Below, piece by piece: positions 1-12,000 of a stretch of DNA of 64,000 nucleotides (positions are counted from its first letter, which is position 1; each line of letters opens with the position of its first letter). The DNA lies in the IMG/VR virus record IMGVR_UViG_3300026097_000876, positions 197,807 to 261,806 of that record; one strand, 5' to 3'. The translations under genes were made by a program, and so were the position numbers. The notes below the pieces were generated by a model. The model did not search any database and was not told the DNA's origin. It was given only the letters and a program-made list of their open reading frames with translations.

Positions 1-3000
1 TATTATATCAACAATAATGATATCGAAGCTTCTGGATTAATTATAATTAAAGACATTAGAGACAACACACAGTTAGATGTAGGATCTGATATTGTTGGTA
101 AAAAAACATATACTATGCAAAATGGTTACGAAATGACCAATGGCATGAAAGTAAAATTCTACGGAGAAATTACACCTGCTGAATACGCAATAGGAAATTG
201 GTATGTTGAAGGTGTAGGCGAAAGTATTCGTCTTGTATCTGAAGACGATGTTCTTATAACTGCAGATTATTTGTTAGATAATGCAACAGAATTTGATGAG
301 CAAGGATTTTCTACTTTGCCCTTTGACAACGCTACATCTTATGCTAGCGAAAAAGATTATATTGTAATTAATCGTGCTTCGCCAGATAACAATCAATGGT
401 CGAGATATAATAGATGGACACATAGATCTGTTATTGAAACTACTGCTACTATTAATAACGTTCCAGTAATGTTAGATCAAACGTTTCGTGCTGTACGACC
501 GATTATCGAATTTGAAGCAGGATTAAAATTATATAATAGTGGAACTTTCGCAAAACAATCTGTTGATCTAGTAGACACTAGGACTACAGACGTATTCAGT
601 CAAATTGAAGGACAAGTTGGTTATTTTGTTGACGGTGTTGAATTAGTGTCAGGAATGCGTGTATTGTTTACAGCAGATCCGGATAGTTTAGTATCTGGTA
701 AAATTTATGAAGTAAACTTTATCTCGCACAATGGTAGCACACAAATTACTCTTGTGGAAACTACAGACACAGCTCCTTTAGAAAACGAAACTGTACTTGT
801 CAAGGCTGGAACAAACTTCAAAGGTAAAATGTTCTATTATGACGGAACAGACTGGAAACAATCTCAAGATAAAACAGGAGTAAATCAACAACCGTTATTT
901 GATTTATATAATGATGAAGGAACCGCATTATCAGATTTAGACGGTAGTTCGTTCGTTGGTAACAAATTGTTTAGTTATAAAGTAGGCAACGGATCGAATG
1001 ATACTGAATTAGGATTTCCTTTATCTTATAGAACAATTGAAAATAGCGGCGATATTGTTTTTGATTTTAATTTACTAGCCGATACATACACATACGATCA
1101 ATTAACTGACGTAATTACATCAAGTACTGATACGGCTGTTCTAAGAAAGTATACATCAAGATCCTCATTTAATAGTGTGTCTGGATGGACTACAGCGAGT
1201 AAAAAATCAGAGCAATGGGTTGTGCAACAGCCAGAAGTAAAAACTAGAACAAATAACTTTAAAATCGATGTTTATGATCGTAGCGGAGACTTAACAGATC
1301 TAGCTATCAAAGTTTATGTAAACAACACTCGTTACACAGAAAATGATCAGTATACTATTGTTAAAGTAAACGGTTTTGCATACGTAACGTTTTCTAACAA
1401 CTTAACTTCTGGTGATAAACTTGTAATTAAAACAAATACTAGTGCAACTAAAAATGAAAAAGGTTTCTACGAGTTTCCTATCAACTTTGAAAAAAATCCT
1501 CAAAATGAAAATGTTACAACATTTACTTTAGGAGAAGTTTTAGATCATGTTAGTAGTATTGTTGACAACAACGACGAAGTCACTGGAACATTCCCAGGAG
1601 TAGGAAACTTAAGAGACGTTGGACAACTTTCAAAATACGGATTAAAATTTGTAAAACATAGTGGACCGATAAACCTTGCATTGTATAACCTGACAAATAA
1701 AGATTACGACGCAATCGGAGCTATTCGCTATGCAGGACTTGAATATATAAAATTTAAAAGAGAATTCTTAAGAATAGCTAATGAACTAGGTTTCGACGGA
1801 GTAGACAAAGTACACGTTGACAAAATTCTTACCACATTAAATAGCACAAAAACAAATCAAGATTCATTTTATTTTAGCGATATGGTTCCTTATGGCAATG
1901 ATTCGCTAACTACGCACAATATTGACGACCCATCAGAAACTATTTTTTCGTTAACAAGAGGCATCGATTTTACTACTCTTAATGAATATGCAGTACTACC
2001 TTATCTAAACAATAAGTTGCTAACTAAGGATAAAGACTATTCAATTAGCACATCAGGATTCTTAACACTAGAAATACCAGTTAAGGCAAATGATGTATTG
2101 GATGTTTATGAATTTGAATCTACTGATGGCTGTTGGATCCCTCCAACTCCTACTAAACTAGGACTGTATCCGAAATATAGACCTGAAGCATATTTAGATG
2201 ACACATACATTTATGTTACACCAGAGTCTACGGGTCCTTATAAGATATACGGAAGAGACGAAACAACTACTGATACATCTTATAAAAATAAATTAGGTTG
2301 GTTTTATCCATTATACACTTCAGAAGAAGATGCACAAAATGCAGATAGAGCAAATGGTGGCACCGGTATGGCACATGATCATGTGTTTGCTGGATATAAC
2401 AAAATCTTCTATATGCCTAACTCTGCAATGAATCATGCAACTGCTGATGACAATCGTTTTGAAGAATGGCCTGCAGCACAACCTATAATCCAAGGACACG
2501 ACGGATCTCGTTGGAGATGTTTCGGAGACTATAGAGATCATTTATTATTAGATTTAGAAAGACGAATCTATAATAATATTAAACAACCGTATAACGAAAC
2601 AATTTTAGATATTGCTGACTTTGTTGAAACTAAAGGACGTCAAACACAATTCGGACGTTACAAAGTTACAAAAACAATGATTTCAGATTTTAATCGTTGG
2701 AGTGAAACTGTAGGAAATCCAGACTACTCTACAAATACTTACTTTGATAGAACTAATGGGTTTACGTTTAATTACAGCAAATTTGCAGATCCGAATAATA
2801 ATTCGTTACCTGGATTTTGGAGAGCTGTTTATAAAGATTTTTATAATACTGATAGACCGCATAGTCACCCTTGGGAAATTTTAGGATTAACTGAAAAACC
2901 AGACTGGTGGGAAGAAGTGTACGGCGAAGCACCATACACTCGCAATAACTTAATTCTATGGGAAGATTTGTCAAAAGGTATAGTAAAAGAACCTGGTAAG

Positions 3001-6000
3001 AAAATTGTTTATAGAAACAAATTTAAAAACAGTTTAATTTACACTTATATTCCGGTCGACGATCAAGGAAACTTGCTAGATCCAGCTAATTGTGGATTAG
3101 CCAAAGACGGTATTGATTCTACTTATTCAGAACCATTTGTATTTGGCGACGAAGGTCCTGTTGAAACAGCATGGCGTCGAAGCTCTCATTATCCGTTTTC
3201 TTTAATTACAGCGTGGGCATTACATCAGCCTGCTCAGTTTTTTGGATTAGCTTTTGATAGAAGCAGAATTGCTAGAAATAGTGCAGGTCAGTTAGTTTAC
3301 ACCGATACTTCAAAAACAATTGAACTAGATCAGTTAAAATTTCCAAACAGCTCGACTGATAGTAGTAGAGTGCTTACAGCAGGAATTGTAAACTATATAC
3401 AAGGATATCTTGCGCAAAATCAAACAGTACAATTTTCTCAATATCAAACAGAAATAAAAAGTTTGCAAAATAAAATTGGCGCAAAACTTGGAGGATTTAC
3501 ACAGAAGGATAAGTTTAAATTAATCCTTGATTCTAGAACTCCTACTAATGAAGGAAATATATTCGTCCCAGAAGAAAACTATAAAATTAACCTAGTAAAA
3601 AGTGTACCAATTAATGTGTATACATATAGCGGGGTAATTATCGAAATAGTGCCGTCTGGGTATATTATTAGAGGATACGATAAAGAGAACCCATATTTCA
3701 AAACGTATAGTACTATTAAGAAGAATGCAGATCCTCTTATTTCAGTTGGCGGAACAAGCGAATCATTTTTAGCCTGGACATCAAGAAAATTTTATGAAGT
3801 TGGACAAATTGTTGAACTTAATGAAGTATATTATAGAGTTAAAGTTTCCCATACTAGTGGAGATAACTTTAATTTAGATAACTTCCAAAAATTAGCCGAA
3901 CTTCCTGAAGAAGGCGGAGCTAAGGCATTTTTCAGAAAAAACTTTGATCGCACTGAAGTAATTGAAATTCCATATGGAACACTGTATAGAGAAATACAAG
4001 ACGTTGTTGACTTTATTTTAGGTTATGAACAATACTTAATTAGTGTAGGATTTACGTTTGATAGCTTTAACCAAGACCTAGAAGAAGTAGAAAATTGGTC
4101 ATTATCTGCTAAAGAATATATGTTTTGGACGACGCAAAACTGGGAATCAGGCACAGTATTAACATTAAGTCCAAGTGCTAGACAAGTTAACTTTGAAGAA
4201 GAATATGTTGTAGCAGATGACATCTATAATAATTTTTACGATTACAGTTTATTAAAATCAGACGGTAAAAGATTATTAGCCGATTTTGCAACTACTGAAC
4301 GAGATAATACAAATTCTTTTGGAATCTATGTTAAAAATACTGAAGATGGTATTTACAATTTAAAGGTTCCGGTTGTCCAACACGAACACGTTATTATTTT
4401 AGATAACAGAACAGTATTTGGTGATGTAATCTACAACAGACCTCAAGGATACCGTCAAGAAAGAATTAAAGTAAAGGGTTATAGATCAGACGATTGGAAC
4501 GGATCTTATAATATTCCTGGATTTATCTTTGACGATGCTACTGTAAACGAGTGGCAATCTTATCAAGATTATTCCATAGGTTCTTTGATTAAACACAAGC
4601 AATATTATTATGTAGCAAAAGCAAATATAACAGGTACAGAGTTTTTTGAAGATACTAATTATGTTAGATTAAATGAAAAACCTGAGCAAGCTCTATTGCC
4701 AAACTGGGATTATAAAGCTAAACAGTTTTTAGATTTTTATGATTTAGACAGCGACAATTTTGATACAGAGCAACAAAGACTAGCACAACATCTAATTGGA
4801 TATCAGAACCGAACATATTTAGAAAACATTATTAATGATGATGTGTCTCAATTTAAGTTTTTCCAAGGGGCTATTCAAGACAAAGGTACAAAAAATGTTC
4901 TTACAAAGTTGTTTGATAAATTAGGAAGTGCAAGTAAAGACAGTTTAGAATTTTACGAAGAATGGGCTGTGCGTGTAGGACGCTACGGAGCAACTACAGG
5001 CGATGATCAATTTGAAGTATTATTAGATGAAGAAAAATATAGATTGAGCCCACAGCCTGTAGAACTTGTTGAAGTAGTAGATCCTCAAGATACTTCTTTA
5101 GTTTATAGATTAGATCGAAACAATATTCTTGTTAAGTCTCAAAATTATGATCATAAGCCGTTTCCGGTTAAATATTTCAACGATAATAACAGTTACACCA
5201 AAACAGCAGGATATGTAAATAGTTCTGATGTAAGCATGTCGTTGCTAAATTATGATGAAATTTTAGATAAAACATTAAGCGAAATCCCAGGAAATAGCTA
5301 TCTATGGGTAGCTCTTCAAAAAAATCAACAAACTTGGGCTGTTTATAAACACACACAAACTGAATTTAAAATCACAAGTATATCTGATAGCAATAATACT
5401 ACGTTTGATATTACATTAAATCGAGCTCCTAATTTTGAAATAGGAGACATTATTGGAGTAAACGACGTTAATGATGATGTAGATAAATTTTATAAAATTT
5501 CTAATATTTCTTTAAACGTTGTTTCGTTATTAACAACTGACAGTATTACAGCAGACGATGAGATTTCTGGATATATCACAGAGTTTAAGAACACACGGTT
5601 AGCAAGGTTGTCAGAAGCTAATTCCTTAATTGATAGTGCAAAACGTTTTGATATCGATAACAATAGTGTTGCATCTGACATTATTTGGGTTGACGATGAC
5701 GATACTGGAAAATGGATTGTACTAGAAAATAATCAAGTATTTGAATTAAAGCCAGACATTAAAAATACACTCGCTGGACTTTTTGATTCTACGCAAAAAG
5801 ACTTTGGATCTAATATCTCAGTTTCAAATGATAACAATTTAATTGCAATTTCTGCTCCTAAAGACCTAAACGGAAGTGTATACATTTATCAAAGACCAAG
5901 CGACAACACAGATTTCGGATATTTACAGCAAATTGACGAGCAAACACTAATATCTGATCAGCAAGGAGGATTCGGCTCAAGTGTTGCAATGAGTCCAGAT

Positions 6001-9000
6001 AAAAAATATCTTGCAATCGGATCACCAAATGCTTCTAATGTAAAGACAAAATTTAAAGGTGATTATAGAAGTAGTAACGCATATGTTGCAAATGATATAG
6101 TTCTACACGATACTCAGCTATGGAAGGCTAAACGTACAATTGAAAGTGAATTATCTCGCATATTTGACACACATGCATCTAATCAACAAAGTATTGAAGA
6201 CGACTATGATTCTACTGATCAGTCTTATCCAGAAATTCCTTTTATGATTCGAGGAGATTATTCTTTAGGAGCTGATGAATCAACTGATCATATTTTGATC
6301 AGAGCAGAAACTGACCAATGGGAAGGAACAAAAGCCGGAGATCGATTGTTCTTAAAGTGGAACAAATATACTACAACTAATAAGTTAGGTACACAGCCTT
6401 TTAATAATGACAGTGTACTAACAGAAACATTTATAAACGGCGAACATACAATTGTAAATAAAGTTTCGGCAATATGTCACGTACAGAGTACCTTGCTAGT
6501 ACCAGAGGTAGGTAGCGAAATTACAACAGATGTTGGTAAAGCAACCGTAGTATATAGAAAAGTAAACGACGAAAATCAAATGACACTTTATTTGTCTAAT
6601 ATCAATGGCCAAATTGGAGACGTTGGAACATTTTTGCAAAATGGTGTTACTGTAGGTGATTATGAGCTAGTACTACCTATTAGAGATGACTATCATAGCG
6701 GATGGTGGTATATCAATGTAGGATCAACGTTTACATCATCCAATCTTACTGAAACTAATGCAAATCTTGTAGTACAGACAATTAAGTTAGAAAATGATTT
6801 TTCTACACCTACTCCGTATTTTACAAATATTTTAGATGTTGTACAAAATAGAGATCAAACTAAGCCTACGCAACCGTCATACCTGGGTGTATTATCACAT
6901 ACTCAAGGACAAACACTAATAGATATTATCGATTCAAGGTGGTACTTTAGAACAGAATTAACACATGGAAGTAATGTTCAAGTGGGTGACAATGCTAATT
7001 TTTGGTTGAATAGCATAAAGGTAAATGATTTAGTTCAAGATCCGTCTGCAATTAATTTAAGTTTTGATTATCTAAACAACACACAACATACAGTAGATGA
7101 TATTTGGGACGGCTGGACAGAAGTTAGATTAACAAATTTTGATCTTAATGGAGATCCGTTTTTACCACTTGTTGGAGACACACTATCTGATACAGCTACT
7201 GGAGAAACAGCTGAAATTGCATTTATTGAAAGAGCATTTGGTACAGCAAAAATATATCTAAAAAATAGATCAGGAGCATGGGCGTTAGGCAGCGACTTTG
7301 GAGAACCTAGTAATGCTACGTTTATCCAAAACGATTCTACACTAAGGACTATTGGTCCTATTAATTCTACGCATATGCAAAATAGTATTTCCGGACCAAT
7401 TATTGTTATAGATAAAGCTGAAAATATTGCAATACCTTCTACAAATTATATACAAGATTTAGAATACTGGCACTACAGTGTTAGTGCTGTCCAAGGAATA
7501 ATTGATTCTACTACTCCCCCTTCGAGTATTAATCTAGACTGGACTCGAGTATTTAATATTCCAGCATCACCCGAAGGAACTCAGTCAGGATTAACTAACG
7601 AAGGTATGTTTGCAATATACGAATTTAGTGGATCAACGTATCAATTAATTAATTACTTTACGGTACCTAACAGTGCTTCTTATAGGCAACTTGGTACTAA
7701 TATGATGTTTTCTCAAACAAATGACAATTATAGATTATTTGTACATGCATCCGGTAATAACACAGAACTTAACCAAGGTAGAATTTATTATTTTGATAAG
7801 TCAGACACAGAAAACTGGTCAATCGGTACAGAGCCTAATTATAGAGGATTGTATAGAACATCTGGAACATATTTTGAAGGAGAATATACAAAATTTGGCG
7901 ACACAGTTTATGAAGCAAAAACTAATTTAATTCCTGGAATATTTAATCCTTCTCAATGGACGGAAATAGGATCAGGAATTGATTTATTAGGATATGTTCC
8001 AAACGACACTAATTTTTCAATATCAGAAAGTACACTTTCGCAAGATATGCTGGAAGAATTCGGATCGGTGTTTGACGTTAGCAATGACGGAAATGTATTA
8101 ATCGCCGCAGCCAGATACACTAATACTCAAGATAGTAGTGTTCCTAATATTAAAATTGTTGTTTACAGAAAAATAAATGACCAATATGTTTATAGTCAAT
8201 TATTAGAACCATCTGATTTAACTGAAAACTTTGGTGAAGATATTGCTATTTCAAATGACGGTAAAAAAATTGCTGTCGGTGCGTCATATAACAGTAATGT
8301 TAGTAGTGCTAACGGAGCCGTTTATATTTACATGCAACACGGCGACAGCTTTGTTTATAATCAAACAATTAGACCTAAGGATGTTTCGCCAAATACCCGA
8401 TTTGGCGCTAGATTAGACTTTGATGGCAACACTTTAGCTGTGACAGCCAAAGGAGGCGACATTGTTATAGCTACTTTAGTAGATAGCGGATCAACAACGT
8501 TTGACAATAATAATACAGAATTTACTACTGTTGATAATAATAGTGGATTAGTTAGTGTATACGAAACAGTAAATGATACATTATTGTACGGACAAGATTT
8601 TAGTTACGACCGAGATACTGAAGATTTTGGAAATGTTATTAAAGTAAAAAATAATCACGTGTATATCGGATTACCAACACAAGCTGTTAGTACAAATAAT
8701 ATTGTAGACAGAGGCGTTGTTTCTGAATTTAGAAAACCAGCAAATTCTACTACTTGGAGCATAACACGAAGCCCAGTACTACCTGCAGACCTAAGCAAAT
8801 TTAAAGGTGTATTTTTATACAATAAAAATGATAACAGCTTAGTGTCGTATGTCGACTATATTGATCCGATCCAAGGAAAAATCGCCGGGCCAGCTGAACA
8901 AGAAATTAGTTTTAAAACTAGTTATGATCCTGCTAGGTATTCTAACAGTACAACTACTTCTGTAGTTTCAAATACCTTAGACTTTACAAGCGATAAATGG

Positions 9001-12000
9001 ATCGGTAAACTTTGGTGGGATATCGGAAGTGCTAGATTTATCAATCACCACCAAGGCGATATTATTCAGTCAACTGCAAACTTTAATAAATTATTCCCTG
9101 GTACACAAGTAGATGTTTATGAATGGGTAGAAACTACCCTTACTCCGTCCGAATGGGACGAGCAAAGCGGAACCGAATCGGGCCTAACTAACGGTATTAG
9201 TGGTACTACAAAGTACGGAAATACAGCATACTCTGTCAGAAGAAGATACAACTCTGCCTCGCAAACATTTACAAACTATTATTATTACTGGGTAAGAAAC
9301 AAACAAACCTTACCAAATATAGATTCTAATAGAGTTACAACAGCATTTGATGTAGCAAGGTATATTAGCGATCCTGCTGGAATTAATCACAAGTTTGTTG
9401 CAATTTTAGGTGATAACAGATTTAGCATTTACAATTGCGAATCTCTTATACAAGACAAAGATATTGCAATTAGCTTCAATTGGTGGACTATTGAAAACCA
9501 ACAACAAAATGTTCATAATGAGTATCAACTTATTAGTGACGGATTATCTACAAGCACTCCAAATAACGAAATTGAACAAAAATGGTTTGATAGCTTAGTT
9601 GGATTTGATACAAATGATAGACCTGTTCCGGATATCAACCTTCCAATGAAACAACGATATGGTTCTTTAAACGAACCGCGACAAAGTTGGTTTATTAATA
9701 AAACAGAAGCAAGAAAACAGTTTATTGAAAGAACTAACAAGGTTTTATCACAAAACTTAATTGTTGATGATTTTGATCTGTCAGGATTAACAGAATTTGA
9801 TCCATTGCCGACAGTTGCTACAGGCATATTTGATACTACTTCTGATAGTTTTGCAGAACTTTCGTTTGTTAGTATTGCAAGAGTAAAACCTGCTACACTT
9901 ACTTTAGAAATTGAAAACGGTGTTATTATTAATGTTCTTATTACAGATCCAGGCGAAGGATATATTAATTCTCCAACTTATGTAATTAGTGATAGTCAAG
10001 GCACTGAAGGAGAGTTAGAATTTACATTAGACTCTAATGGTAAAATTAATAACGTTAATATTATTAACGGAGGTAAGAATTATTCTCAAAATGCAAGAAT
10101 TAGTATTAGAAAATTTGCTGTCCTAGTAAAAAATGACGAAAACATTAATGGTAAATGGAGTGTATTCCAGTGGGACGGAAGTGAGTGGTTAAGAACACTT
10201 ACACAAAGCTATGATGTAAACCTTTATTGGAAATACATTGACTGGTACCAAACCGGGTATAATCAGTTTACATTAATAAATCATTTAATCAATAGCAGCT
10301 ACGAGTTATTTGGTCTTGACGATCAAATCGGCGAAGTTGTTAAGATTAAATCTATTGGAACTGGCGGTTGGCTGTTATTAAGAAAAGTTGATAACCAAGA
10401 TGTTACTGATTACAGTATTAACTACCAAACTATCGGTAGAGAAAACGGCACCATAGAATTTTTAGATAGCTTGTATGATGTTAATAGTGAAAATATTGCA
10501 TTCGATGGTGCAAACTATGATAAGATTTTTTATGATACAGAGCCAGTTGAAGAATTTAGAAAAATAATTTCAATTATTAAAAATAATATATTTGTTGATC
10601 AATTGCAGCTGCATTGGAACGAATTATTCTTTGCTGGGCTTAGATATGTGTTTACAGAACAGCCAAATGTCGACTGGGCGTTTAAAACAAGTTTTGTAAA
10701 AGCAAAACATAATATTGGTGAACTGGCGCAAAAAATTACATTCCAAAACGATAGTCTTCCCAGCTATCAAGACTATGTTGAAGAAATGAAACCGTATAAA
10801 ACTAAGATTAGAGAATATTTAAGTTCGTACGAAAAAATCGATCCTGCCAATAATGTAGTAACTGATTTCGATCTTCCGCCAGTATACGATGAACTTGAAG
10901 GAAAAATTGTTCCGCAAAGTGTACAAATTATAAACGACGAAGTTGTTTCAGGAACATCAGACTTAACAGTTTATCCTGCAAAACACTGGTTGGACAATGT
11001 AGGATTTGAAATTACAAAGATTAATATTGCATCAGCAGGCAATGGATACGTAGAAGCCCCAATTATTAATATTACCGGCGGCGGCGGATCCGGCGCAACA
11101 GCAAAAGCCTTTATTGGTAATGGACAAGTTGTGTCAATAGAAGTTACAAATCCTGGACAAGGTTATCTGTCCCAACCTACAATTGAAGTAATTGGGTCAA
11201 TTGAAGAAGGTGGCTCAGTAGCAAGACTAAGCCCTGTGTTTGGAAACGGAAAAGTTAAATCTGCACACCTTAGATGCAAATTTGATCGAGTAACGGGCAC
11301 ATACTTATTCCAAACATTAGAAGAAACAGAAACATTTACATCGTCAATAGATCAATTGTTTATTGATCTTAAATGGCCTATGGAATTAAAATCTACTAAT
11401 ATTACTGTTACAGTTGACGGACTTGAATCTTTAAGAAGTGAATATACATTTGAGAATGTAGAAGATACTTCTAAAGGTTACACTCGATACTACGGTAGAA
11501 TTAATTTTACAAATGCATTAAGTTTAGGCAGATCAGTTTCTATAAAGTATAATAAAGCACCAGATCTGTTACAAGCACAAGATAGAATTAATCTTTATTA
11601 TAATCCTTCAACAGGAATGTTTGGTAATGAGTTAGGACAATTATTAGACGGAATAGACTACGGCGGAGTAGAAGTTACTAGCTTTGATTTCGGTGCAGGT
11701 TCTGGATGGGATTCAGACTCGTGGTTTACAAGTACCTATGATACATTTGATACTACTTACGAAGATGAAATATTCCAGTTAGATGGTAGTACAGAAGTAT
11801 TTGCGTTAAGTCGGCCATTAGAAGACGGGGTTGAATATAATATCTATCTAAATGGTGTAAAAATTGATGATCCAAATTTTGGAGATGACGATAGCTCCCT
11901 AGTTACAAATGAAAATGCTGTTATAAGAAGTATTACCGGAGACGGAGTAACTACTACGGTTACTATTTTAAATGATGTACAACGTTTTAAAGCTAATGAC